Assembly (NCBI RefSeq): GCF_009834535.1
Contig: NC_045696.1
Coordinates: forward strand, 46,316,001-46,380,000
Length of the DNA stretch: 64,000 nucleotides
Direction of reading: 5' to 3'
Source of the DNA: Camelus ferus
Lineage: Eukaryota
How positions within the stretch are numbered: position 1 is the stretch's first letter; the number at the start of each line of letters is the position of its first letter. Positions 37,157 to 49,985 of the stretch are shown piece by piece. The translations under genes were made by a program, and so were the position numbers. The notes beneath the pieces were generated by a model. That model saw nothing but the letters and a program-made list of their open reading frames with translations, ran no database searches and was not told the DNA's origin.

Positions 37157-40100
37157 GTAAGTATGCAAACTCTTCAAACAGAGAAGCTGGACATCTATTA
37201 GTAATGACAGAAGGGTTTTTTACTGTTCACATAAGAAAATGCTTTCCTGGGGTTGCAGCACCCCAGAAAGCTTGTCTCACTGAGTTTCCTGTAGCAGAAG
37301 TCAATTTATGATTTTTAGTACTTAGAATTCAGGTGCGGTTATTATTTTAAGGTAGTTTAAATGTGCATTTCACATTTATCTGCAAGTAAGAGTCATTTGA
37401 AAACTTATTTTATCACTTTAATTGATAATGAAATTTTACACAGAGTTGAAGGTCTAGGAAATTTAATGCTAGGTAATATGGTAGAAAGATTGTAGCTTGT
37501 GAATGGAGAGAATTATCAAAAACCCAAGGAACCATTGTGTAGAAGGCCTCTCTAAATTACAGCCACTGACATTTGCTTACTCTTTCCTAGGTACTCTTTC
37601 TTGGGTAACTTGTGCTGTTTGTGACAGTTGTGGTGCCCGAAGGGTGGACTGGGCAGTGTAGTAAATCTAGTGTTTAGTGTACCAGCTTGATTTAAAAGGC
37701 AAATAACTCCAAATTGATCCTTATTTTCTTCAAAATTTATGTATTTGGAGAAATTGGGTACATTTTAACATTCTGTATGTATAATAAACAGCAACTTTGA
37801 AATCTTTTAAGTGCCTTTTTCAGATATATGCCTCCCAAATGGAAAAAATGATGAAATAGCATGTGGGAAAGTTAAGTGTCTAAAATGTTTGTTTGTGAGA
37901 AGTAATGGTCTAGGTGAAAACTGAGGGTTTAACTTTTGAAAGCAGTGTGATGAGCCTGAACTGGGGAAAACCAATGTGCAATTTTGCCCCTCCACTGCAA
38001 GGAACACCTCAAGTGCTCTGATATGTTAAGAAAATTGGTTGCTCTAAATTGTGTAAATCAGCTTGGTGCTTTGTAATATTATCATAGTGAAGACAGAGAC
38101 TGTATTTCGTAAATGAAAATGGACTTGAACTCAGTTTTCCGTAAAAGAAAAAGAAAAGAGATCTTGTTTGTTTTGTTTCCTGGCTTGCTGGGATATTGTG
38201 TACACTATTAAAAGGTTGTCTTAGTATTGAGAGAATTTCAGTTTGAAAACCAGGCCTTTCTGGTAGTTTCTGTATGGTAGCAAAATATACTTTGACATCG
38301 CTGAGATGTTAGATGATATGTAATAAAAGAAGTTCTGTGTCCAACATTTTTTAAGGGAATGTAAAATATCATGTTATTTCAGATAGTTAGGAGAGCTTCC
38401 TAATACATTGAATGCGTAACAGGCCAGTTGGAGTGGTCAGAATGAGCTGGGTCTATAAGATGAATGTAGTGCAAATCAAAATATATAGATTTCTGTGTCT
38501 TTGATTTTTTTTTTTAATGCTTGTTTGCAAGAGAAGTTTTTCATTTTTGAACATATGGCAAGAGTATTCAAAATGCATTCCTGATTGCTAAAGAACACTA
38601 CATTTATACATGTGAGGAACATTATTTTGTTCACTGGAGCAAACTTTTAATGTTAGTTTTTTTCCCCATGGAAATATATTTGACCAAGTTCAAAATTTGA
38701 AATGGGAATCAGTAATTTACAGAATAAAAGCGATCTGATGAGCTCTTGCATTTCTTTGAAATATCAAATAACTGCTTCATTAAAACAATATTTTCAAGAA
38801 AAGTCTTGGTCTTTGAAGTCAGAGTAGTTTTTATAGACTGTGAAACTTGCAGCAGTGGTTTTAAAAAGTCTCTGACAATGAATTACCAGTTATTTGCATC
38901 TAAAATATATTTATTAGATTTGAAGCTTAATTATCAAAATAAGATTTTGGGTAAAAGTTTGCTTCTACATCGCCAAGTTTTCAAACTTCCTATTTTATTA
39001 TTCTACATATCTCTATTAAAGTTCTGAAACTGAAGTGTTAACTTGCATTTCACATCTAACACTAGTACTTGATAAGGGGGTTCATCTATGTTGTTTCTTA
39101 GTGGTACATCTTTGGAGATATTGTGGCAGTTTTAGGAAGAATCTTCCACTTGAGACTTAGATATTAACAAAAATTTGCAATTTTGTCACTTTTCTTTTTT
39201 TAAATTCATCTTGATTTTCATATCCAAATTGAAAAAAAGTTCCAGGTTTAAGAATTTATGAGATAGCTCTGCTTTTAATATATGTGTAGCTCTGCTATAC
39301 AACTTGAGAAGTGTCTACCACATTTGACCTTATAGACCTGATCTTTATACTTAATCCATTGAAACAGGCTTGTTTAGATATTGAATTTAGAATATAGCTT
39401 TGTGAAAGCTAGAATGAAAATATAATTATGATTTGCTTGTGCTGTAAGTATGTAATTGATAAGGCTTTTGTATGTAGTTAGTAAAAGAAGGAACCAACAG
39501 CCTTAAAATAATATGGAATAACTCATGAAAATCTGACTGAGCAGCTGAAGTATTAATAAGCCATGATTTTTAGTAAAATTGCAAACATAATTTCTAATTA
39601 TTAATCATCAGCCTGCATACTTAAAGTTTATGTTTTCCTACATTTTATAATGCACATGAGTAAAGTGAGGGCCGAATTTTTAATGGGACCTTACTATGAA
39701 TATCAATTACTTTAATATCAGAAATCTTTAATAGAAGTAATAAAGACTTCACAGCTTAACCCTATTAAAAAAACTTTTTGAAAATAGCCTCATTATGGAA
39801 GTGCCTGTTTTTGCTGTTCTAAAGGAAATCCCTAAAATTATTCGTCTCTTACAAGAGTGCAGAAATGTTTAAAATTGTGATGTTCAAATGTTCTAAATTA
39901 CTAAATATAAGCAATTAATTTTGGCATATTGCATCACCACCAATGGCTTCCCTATATTTAAAAAAATTAAACTTAATCAGGTGCTTAATTTAAGAAGACA
40001 CTTTTCTTGAACTTGTAGTTTGAAGCCCACCTCGTTTTTTAACATTTTACCACCAAGGGGGCCTTTTAAAATAGGTCTGAGTGGTATCTCTCCTGTATTT

Positions 40101-41334
40101 TTAGTCAGCTTCCTTCCTCTCTATATGAAATGAAAATAAGCCCAAATTATAAAAACATTGTAATTTCACTGCTTCATTTTTATCACGTGTCCCAGGTGAA
40201 TCAGATGCACTTGGTCCTCAGGCTACACTTTGAGAAACACTGGTTTGAAGGTAGTAGGGACTAAGGCTAAAGACTGAATGGATGTTCTTCCAGCTTGAAG
40301 ATTCTGTGACTGTATTTCAGTCTGTGGGTTTGTACTTCCTCAAGGGCAGTCGTTGCATACTGTGTCGAATTGTAGAGATTTCTGTATTTTAAGTCATACA
40401 TGAGGAGAGCACTTTTTGAGTACAGCTTCACTCAACATTCATATGTGTTCATGTTATCCCTTATAAGGGAATTACAGTTCCTTGAAGTGCCAGGACATCA
40501 TTTTAAAACTGTAAAGGTACACTCAGAAAATCCTCATGTATTAATGGAGATTGTTATCATTTTTTTTTCTTTCAAAGAAAAAGATAAGGTGAGAATTGAA
40601 ATAAGTACCAATTACACAATGGAAAAGCAAAATAAGGCAAGCCAGTAAAGAAATTTATCCATATATAAATAGAAAATGAAAGACTAAGGGAATGAAAGAC
40701 TTAAAGGATTAAATATAGACCATGAAGCATTGACACACCTTCCAAAATATAAACTTTATAAGTTAAAATATGTGAGTCAGTTCAAAGATATAGGCAGTGA
40801 AATAACTTTGGATAGTGAAGAAGTTGTATAAAATACAAAGTAAAATCAGTAACAATGAGTTGGATTTCATGAAATCTTAGGAAAATGAAAAATATTGTAG
40901 AATAATTGATTGAATGATTAAAACAATAGTTAAACATGGCCCTTGGGTGAAAAGATCAGGAAATAAAACAGAAACTCCTGGAATGGAATAACTGTGATCC
41001 TGAAAAGGACATAGAAGTTTTGTGTTGTAAAGGGAATAATTAAATAAAAGATCAACAACTTACTTTAAAGGACAAATGAGAATGCGGATAAAAGTTGTTT
41101 AAAGCAGCTGTGTTTCTCAAATGTTTTTGAGACGTATGGTAAGAAATAGCTTTTATATCCCTTTTCACATACAAAACCTGGAACAAAAGTTTCCTGAAAT
41201 GGTCCTAAGAGCAATGCCCTCTGATATTTTCTGTTCCTATCTTTATAAATCTAATCTGTTCCAAACCATTTTATTAAAAAAAAGTACAGTGTCATTCACT
41301 AAATTCATTTTATGACTTACAGATTAAAAAACAC

Positions 41335-41490
41335 TGGTCTGGAGTGCTTGCAGCAAATGGAGGCCCCATCTTCATATTCTGATTCAGTGTGTCTGGGATA
41401 GGGCCCAGGAATCTGCATTTTAACTAGTGTTGCAGCTGATTCTGAAGCAGGTGTGAGGTCCTCTGACACACTTTGAGCAACTCTAGTATA
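41335..41490. mobile_element. MER5A hAT-Charlie element
   Basis: ATTCTGATTCAGT...TCTGGG...GGGCCCAGGAATCTGCATTTTAAC...TGATTCTGA...CACACTTTGAG. Confidence 0.85.
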
Positions 41491-41674
41491 AAGAACAGAT
41501 GGCTAAAGATTGAGTGGGAGTCACATACTGAATGTGGGGTTAGTGTTCATTAACTGCTGAGGTCTCTTCTGGCTTCAAGAATCTACGGCTGTATTTTACT
41601 TAGCCTGTTTGCAATGCTTGGAGGGCTCTCACCGCCCTCTGTAGTTGTCCCGTAGTAGCAGATACAGTACAAGT

Positions 41675-41885
41675 AGCAGAGACTTTGCAGCGAAAGAGCC
41701 CTGGGTTCCACTCCTGCTGCCTCTCTCACTTACAAGCTGAGGGACTCTGGGCCTGTCACTTCAGAATAAACTTCCATTATCATATGTGCAAGAGGGCATC
41801 TTAATAGTTACCATGCAGCAGAATGAGAATTACACAAGACAATAATGTCTGTGTTGACTCTTATCCACAGTCAGCACTCAATAGT
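41675..41885 (+). mobile_element. MIR SINE
   Basis: CCTGGGTTCC...CACTTACAAGCTG...GTCACTT...CACTCAATA. Confidence 0.65.
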
Positions 41886-43059
41886 TTATGTGTTTATAGT
41901 TATATCTCACCTCACCCCAACTCCCACTAAGTTTGAAATTTCTCAAGGCTGTGCCTTTTAATTTTTGTTTCCTCTAAAGTAATTTTCAACCCTGGTATCA
42001 TGAAACACTGGTGTATTTTGAATTGAATGTGAGGTGCTGGACAAGCAATTTGTTACTGAAGGAAATAATAAGAATAACCAGAAGGAAAAAAGAAAAGAAG
42101 AGCTGAGGCATGCCACATTTAAGAATGGTGCTCCTTCAGCTTTGGGCAATGATTCTCCCACCTCTTTAAAAAGACAACACAGGACAGGACACATATTTCA
42201 AAGTGGTTAGTTGACAGCATTGGGCATTCTCTCTGGTGACTTTGATGCATTTTGGAATGTCTTAGAGCATCAATTTTTAAACTTTCTTCTACCAAGATAC
42301 ATGCGACTGATGTTTACACACGGGACATTATATGAGTTCCCTGGTTATAGACATAGATAAATTATGCAGCGGGTTTTATAGGTAGTTCACAGTGTGATAA
42401 AGCCACTTCTTCCCTATCAAGAAAGTGTATCAGAATACAAGCAGGAGTGGTATTACAATGAAAACCTTGAATACACCCATACATAGACATAAAATCCTTT
42501 ATAAACTGTGGTACATTAACTTTTCATAACTAATTACTTGGGGCACTCCTCACAACCAATTAAAACTTACCTTTATGTCAAGGCGTGAAGATTGAGAAGC
42601 ATTACATCTGGAGTGCATGACAAATTGCACTGCACAAAATAGGAACTTAAATAAAAGAGGGGCAAACTAAGGAGAAGATGAATGGGAAATACACCAAATC
42701 CCTGAAATCTTGAACAATGTAAAAATCAAAAGCCAAGGAAAATGCAACATGTGGTTAAATGCAAAGAAAGTGCAGAAGACTGCAAGGACCAGGGTTTTCA
42801 GTCTGTCTTACTTGAATACTCATTGCCTCTAACATAGACATTTATTTTTAAGTAGTCTTAACCTTCATTTAATTTATTTGAATACATTAAAGTTAAATAA
42901 CTTAGCATTTCCTAATTTTTAGGGTTATATTTGCCAGGAACATCTTTCTATTTGGCTAAATTTTAATTTGCCATACTTTAAAAAATCTCTAATAAACGAA
43001 TAAACTGTCTACATATTGAAATTGTCTTTGTACCTTAATGTGTAGTAGTGTTGGATATA

Positions 43060-43370
43060 CAGTCACAATCCTGTATCTAAAAAATCTCTGAAAAACCAGA
43101 AAGCTTTTTTTCCTCCAAAAGTTGGTATCAGAACTCGGTGGCAAAACCTGACTCAGGCTGTCAAGGGCCTGTTTAAAATGGTTTTAAAGCCCACCTAGAC
43201 TAGTCACGTATTTTGCTGTACAAATAGTAATACGTTTATGAGGTGCTATCCTAGACCTAGCTAGGAGTGTTACGTAACATGCTATATGCTCTGTCTGACC
43301 TTTTTAAAGCCCACAAAAATCTGAAGCTCACTTGGACCTAAGGCTTTCAAATAAAGGATTGTGCTCCTAT
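43060..43370. mobile_element. TcMar-Tigger-type DNA transposon
   Basis: Inverted termini CACAATCCTGTAT (43064) / ATAAAGGATTGTG (43351-43363); internal GGTGGCAAAACCTGAC. Confidence 0.65.
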
Positions 43371-45050
43371 TGTATTAACTCCCTTAGTCCACACATTAAA
43401 ATTCTTTGTTACTCCTAACCCTTTACTCTATGAAAATCATTTTGCTAATTTTGATCACTGATCATCTGAACATTTTGAATTCATTGCAAGGGAATGAATT
43501 ATGGAAGATAACCTATATTAACTCAGACTGTCTGTTGAAACCTGATGGCTTCAGATATAAAGGTGGAAGGTATCAGAGCTTATAAAGTCAGGTAAGCAAA
43601 ATAGTAGTACTTAATATCATTTGTGCCTCCTAAATTGAGCAGGGTGGAGGGGTTCTCGGTTCTGGGTAAAGAGAGCTTAAACACAGACACACACACATGC
43701 ACACACAGATTGGCTGAGCCTTATGTATCCACTTTGACTTTGTGATTCCTTTTTTGTTGTTGTTAATTATACTAAAGGAACAAATACACTGATATCTATA
43801 ACGTTTGGAACTTCTACCATGTTGAACATTTGTTATATAATAGTGAACAAAATTTGGGCTACTTTCATTACTCTTTAGGTTTACTCTAGGAGAGGTTTCA
43901 TGAAGGGGTTGTATTTCCTTTTTTATTTTGTTTCTTGCACATTTCTTTCCTTCTTTCAGAGAAGAAAAAATAGAAAGTGTTTTCTGCAAATTTGGTCTCC
44001 TCTCAGGTGAGAGTGTTTTGGGTTGTATTGTTTTATAGAGGTTCTAGGTATCTTTATTTTCAGTAATTAGCTGAAATGCTAAGTTGAGAACTTGCATCTG
44101 TACTTTTCCTATAAAACCACTATAGAAAAATGAAAAGTATGATGTGAGGAAGAATCTATGTGACATTCTAGGAATAAACTAGTAGCTGTGTCTGATCTAT
44201 CATTACTGTAAGACAAATCAGGTTTCATCTGGTATAAGTTGAAACTGTTAACGGATAAAGAAAGTTTTTCATCTTTTATTATTTATTGATACGACTGCAT
44301 CCTTTGTTGTAGGAAAGCTACAGATTGACTAATTCAGACGAAGTCTTATTAACCATGCTGATTCTTTAAAAATTAAAAACTGCTGAGCTTTTCAGCTTGT
44401 GCACCTCTCAAAACTCACGCAAGTGTAGAGTTCTCATTGACTGCAAAGGGAATGTGGTAGAGCATGGAACAAAATGAAAAAATAATTCTCTCCGTTCAGC
44501 TGTCAAACTTGGATTATATTTTGAGTTACTGAAGTTATTAGTTTTTTTCCTCTTTCTTCTTTCTTTCTTCTCTTCCTTCTCTCCCTTCCCCACTTATCTA
44601 TGTATCAGTCTATTCTGTTTCTCTCAGCTGATTATTTTATTCACTAACATGAGTCTGTAGTACTGCTTAGAAATGTTTGAGGATGGGAATGTGGGGTTGA
44701 ACTTTTTAAAAATTTACTGTTATTTGATTTTATAGATTTGTTTGTAATTCTTGAGTCCTTTTAGTATTCATCACTACTCATATAATGAAGTTGTTGATAT
44801 GTGAATTTGAGACTTACACAGCCCGACAGTGTAACTGTCAGGAAGGGATTACGAGGAGCATTTAGCAGGACTGTGTGAAGTAAATTCACCTGTCACTTTT
44901 ATAAAGTAAATTGGAAAGAAATTCCTTATCTAGTCATTTCTTTAAGGTGGTAGAATGATTACATGGTTTTATTTATATTTAAGGGAAAATTGAAGGCAGT
45001 TTTTAGAAGAGTTGCCCAAATAGTATTTCACTTTGGGAGGGAGGTAGATA

Positions 45051-45087
45051 ATTTGCAGTCAGATGCTCTACCACTGAGCTGTACCCC
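45051..45087 (-). pseudogene. 5' half of tRNA-Cys(GCA), retroposed fragment
   Basis: Reverse complement GGGGTACAGCTCAGTGGTAGAGCATCTGACTGCAAAT versus tRNA-Cys GGGGGTATAGCTCAGTGGTAGAGCATTTGACTGCAGAT; no T-arm or B box. Confidence 0.75.
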
Positions 45088-45169
45088 TCAGGAGAAGGAT
45101 GATTTGGACTGAGGGCCTCCTTGTGAAGTACAGGTTTTATTTTTACTACTTCGTGTATTTTTCACAACA

Positions 45170-45295
45170 ACTTTCTGATGAGAGGTAACCTTAATGCTAA
45201 TGATGAGGAAACTAAGTCTCAGGTTAAGTAATTTGTCTGAGGTCACACAGCTAGCAAGTGACTGTGCCAGGCTAAGAATGCCTGTCTGCAATGCC
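45170..45295 (-). mobile_element. MIR SINE
   Basis: GATGAGGAAACTAAGTCTCAG...AAGTAATTTGTCTGAGGTCACACAGCTAGCAAGTG. Confidence 0.85.
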
Positions 45296-48200
45296 ACCGT
45301 CTCCTAGGCTTGATCTGTAGTTACCTGCCTTTAGGACCACATTCCAGAAGGTTAGAAATGAAAGGTTTGAAGCAACTTCTAGCCAAGAATTCCCTCCAAT
45401 TTTTCTTCTCCCCAAAGAAAAATAGTCTTCATTTTGAAGTGATAGGTCTTGGAACACTGTTCGCTATCAATCTCAAGACAAGGTAGATGCAAAAGTCTCT
45501 GAGTTGGGGCCTGTTGTCAGTTTTCATCTATGAGGTCATAGTCAAAGACAAAACCAGCCCCAAACTTAGTATATAAATTGCTACTTAGTGAACTTTCTTT
45601 CTGTTTGGTATAGCGAGTATAGAAATGTGTAATAACAACAGTTACTGATTTTATTATTTATTAATTACTCTGGTACATCAGTAGCAATCATTCATTCTTT
45701 CTTTATGAAGAGTTGTTTTCCTAACTGAATATTCTATGATGTTTTTTCCTCCGGTACTTTTTAATACTTAATCAGTGAGTGTATTTTACAAAAGGAATTT
45801 AACAGTATAACATGGATTGTGTTATAAAATAGTTTTCTGACATTTGTTTTGAAAAGAAATTCAATATTAGTGGAAATATAAAATAATATAAAAATATAAG
45901 CAGATTCATAGACTTCATTTCAGTTTCTGATGATCAAACATGAATTAGAGAGCCAGTCAAAAGTTAACCAGTTTTCAAAGTGGTTTATGGGTTCTTTTGA
46001 TTTATTTTAGGTAAGAAACTTATTTCTGCTGTAATAAGTAGGAGAGATTTTATAAATTACACATTTGTATACAAGTAGCAAATCATTTAGAAAATACAAA
46101 GTAACATGTTGCTTTTTCATCTAAAATTTAATTCTTTTATCTTTGCAAATTCAGCAGAGTCAGAGCCTAATTCAGATACAGGAGATAAAAAAAGTTTATC
46201 TTTCTTTTTAAATGGCTTTTCTTTTCCTCTGATCCATGAAACATGGAAATAGAGTATTTTTCTATTCTGGCAAAGTAGCTTCTGTGGATGATAATCTTGT
46301 TAAAAGCGTGCTTTTGCACGGTTCTAGCTTCATGATGCTTTACCAAAAGTGTGTCAGGCTTCCATTTCTTGTCTTACACCCCCTGCAATAAACCACTTCC
46401 ATAATGTTCTCCTTCAAGTGGGTTGGTAAACTGTGTAAGTTTTATGGCATCTGATAACTTTCTTTTGACTTGTTTTCTTGGGTCATGTTCAAAGAATGTT
46501 TTGCATATAAAATAATTTGGTCAAGTGTAGATGACATTCAAGTAGCAAAAACTATTACCAATTTAATTCCCTGCTCATGGATTGAGTGTCTATACTGTGT
46601 TGACGCTGATTTAAACTTTGAGGATATGTAACAGCCCTTGTTCTCAAAGCAGATGTGTTCTACTGGCTGGAAAAGTCCAGTAGATGTAAATGTGTAAGTT
46701 AGTCTCTGCTAATTGTTCCAACAGAAATGGCATAAAATGGTACTGAGTTACAACTGGCAAATTCCAGCATAGGAGCTGGACACTGAAATACGGAAGGGGC
46801 TTCTTCCGTTGGCACTGTATTTGTCCTAATTGTCGTTAAGGTTGTAAACTAGTTTGGCCCAAGCACTGAAGTGGATATTAAAAATTAGGCTTTTAACCCT
46901 AATTTGGCTTTTAGTTAAATATTAGTGCATTCTTTTGGCTTTTAGTCTATTTGAAAGGCCTGACTTTTTTTTTTTTTTTTTGATGAATGTTTTAATTTGT
47001 ATTAGAAAGTTAAGTTTCATTCAAGTGTTTTTGACTTTCTTCTTATTTTTCCTTTTTTATTTATTGCTGGTAATGTCACAATCTGTAATGACAACACTTT
47101 TGAAGTAAAGGGAAGTGTTTGAGGATTCTGTGTATACCAAATCATGTTAAAAGCATACTGAATAGAGTAAGTTTGAACTCTATGTCCAAACACATTCCAA
47201 TGGAAATATTATAAACTAGTATGGCTAATACTTCCTCTTACTTACATAAATTATACTAGTTAGAAGTACATACATTATTCATAAGATCTCAAGCCCAGTT
47301 ATTAAACATAACATGAGATTCTAAAGAGGTGAAAATGTACTTTTTTATTTGTGAGAGATTATAAATTAAAAATTATGCCCAGTACTTCCATCAAGCAGAT
47401 TTCAGGTTTTCCTGGGCGTTTTTTAACTTGTATTTACAGCTGTGCTTTCTCTCGTGGCTTAGTAAGCCATGGCCTGGAGGGCCCCCACGATTTGGTCCTG
47501 GTTAGCTTTTATATTTAGTGGTCTGGGTTCTGGTCTTTGGATTTCCCTTTGACTTGGTCAGACCTTCAGTATCGCTTTTTAAAATCATGACATTTGTGTT
47601 TATCACACCTCAGTATGTATGCATTTTCACCCAGTTTTATTTGTGGCCCTCTTTTGACTGGTCATTTCTGGACATCAGCACAGTTTAGATTAAAACTTTG
47701 TTTCTAAAATACTGTGCACAATGTTCCAGATGTCAACCCTGGGTAATTTAATAATAAACAGATACATTTATAAGTGAAATAATAAGGAAGAAGCTGATCT
47801 GGGAAAATATTTCTTCATAAGCTCACAACATTGATAATGATCCCAATGTTTACATTGAAGAAGCAAAGAAACGGAGATGCACAGAATAATAATTTGTGAG
47901 TCTTTCTTCCGTTCTCTGGCGTGGGGCTGTTCGGTATCATGGAAGTATAGCCACTCAGATCTGATTTACCAGTTCTCATGGTAATAATGAACTTCTTTAT
48001 AAGTTTTATACATGGATATGCATTCTTATCTTATTTGGTGTTTTCCATTCTTAGTCATCCCAGAGAGCGTGTTGAAGTTTGTTGTAAGGACCATATTTTT
48101 AAATAATTTTAATAATTTTCTATTTATAGCCTCTGCATGAATAATGTAAATCCATACAAAAGTTTTCTGTAGCTTGAAAGGTCTTGGGAATGGGTCTTGA

Positions 48201-49414
48201 GTGGGCAGAGTTACACATGTGAGGATTCGGTCTCACACACATAGTGATGAGTTTACTGCATAAGGAACTGCGATCTTGAAACAGTTTGTAGCAGGTGAAT
48301 TTCATTTCTTTACTGTGTGGTTTTTTTAATGTCACCATATGTATTATTCCTGACGTATATCTCAAATACAGTTAGATGACCATAGGTTCTAATGTGTAGG
48401 TCTTAAAAATTAAGGTGATTTGTACTTGCCTTTATTAAAGATGTTTTCCTGAAGTTTTGATTAGTTTTTAAAAACTAACTATATATTCTTATTGGCAAAT
48501 TATAATTTCAGAATGCTTCATATGTATTTCTAATTGATCTTCAGTTAGCAGTGGATACTGATTTTACAGATTTACATGTTACCATTCCCAGGTCCTAATA
48601 GTAATCAGTGATCTGTAAAGTACATGTAGGGGAACTCTGTGAAGGAATGCAGTACTAATCATTATGAAGAAAAGCAATCTTTGGTAAAGCAAATGATTGG
48701 CCTCTTTCATACCTGTTTGGTAATTCGGGGTTCCATATATTGAAGTGTCTTTATTTGATGCGACATGTGTTTATTAGGTGCCCATTATGTGTAAAGCTGG
48801 ATTAGGAATTCTGGGGCCTGCAGAATAAAACGGTAATGGCTCTGGCTTCAGGATGTTTCTAGTATAGTAATGACACACATATACCAGATGTGGAATAGAA
48901 AGTGAAGATGCTTTAATATCTTTGGGTTGCAGGGGTGGTGAATATATGGTTGTTAGGAGACAGCGGGGGAAATAAGGATGGACATGAACTTTGGTTGTTT
49001 AGCTTAATGTTTAGGTATCCTTGCCAAAATGCTTACCTGAGTCTCTCAGAGAGTAGATGAACCTAGAAAGCCCAGGCTAACCCATCTCAGCCAAACAGTT
49101 CCCTCCAATTGTGTTGTCATCCAAGCCAAAGGCCTTTGAACTTTTAAAGTGCTGTATCCTCATCGGTAAAAGAGTTTGAGCCTGTATCCTTGATATCTAT
49201 ACATTTATTTATAAATTACATATATTGAGCTATGAATATATTATTTATGTAACAAAAATATAAATAGCTTATTAGAGATAAAATAAATTGAATGTAAAGA
49301 AAAATTATGTTTCCTTTTTACTCTAGTGGGCATGTCTTGTTCTTGTTTGGGGTTAGAACCCCATTTTGGAGACCATAGACTAAAACTGGGCTGTGCCACA
49401 ACAAATTTAGGTAA

Positions 49415-49985
49415 GTTCCATGATATCAAGGACTTTGTTTTGCTCACTGCTGTATCCTCAGCCCTTAGAATGTGGTAGGAACTCAGCAAATACTTTAGAG
49501 CGAATGGACCAAATTAGGCTGATTGGTAGGGATGAGGAAGAGTCTAGCTTAACATGAGGGATCTGGTAAGAATAGAGACACTTTTTGTCTATTGCTGTAT
49601 CTCCCATGCCTGTATAAGTGCCTGCCACATAGTAGGGACTCAGTAAATATTAGTTGACTGAGATAGGGGTGTGGACATTGTGTAGCTCAGCATGAGGCAT
49701 CTGGCAGAGGCCATAGATCCACAGGCATGAAAAGGTAAATTCCAGGAGGTCCTTGAAAGCAAGACAGCATATGGAGATAGACTAGCTATAAGTAGGCAGA
49801 AAAAATGTAGCAATGTGGGGAGAGGGTCACAGTGTCAGTAAGAACATCTCAGAGAAATGACTTTGGTAACCTCAGATCTTTAAAAACTGTGACCTTTTTA
49901 AGCGATAAGATCTGGATTTTACTCATCTTTGTACCCACATTGCCTAGACTATAGAATAGTAGGTGTCTGATTAATTTTTGTTGAA
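49415..49985 (+). mobile_element. Three L2 3'-end fragments in the same orientation
   Basis: Repeated TGCTGTATC...TAGG(A/G)ACTCAG(C/T)AAATA near 49450-49495 and 49595-49660; TTTGTACCC...GTAGGTG...TTGTTGAAT near 49925-49985. Confidence 0.75.

Noticed and set aside
44825..44839. Inverted repeat GACAG-TGTAA-CTGTC
   Set aside because: A 5-bp stem is expected by chance in 64 kb
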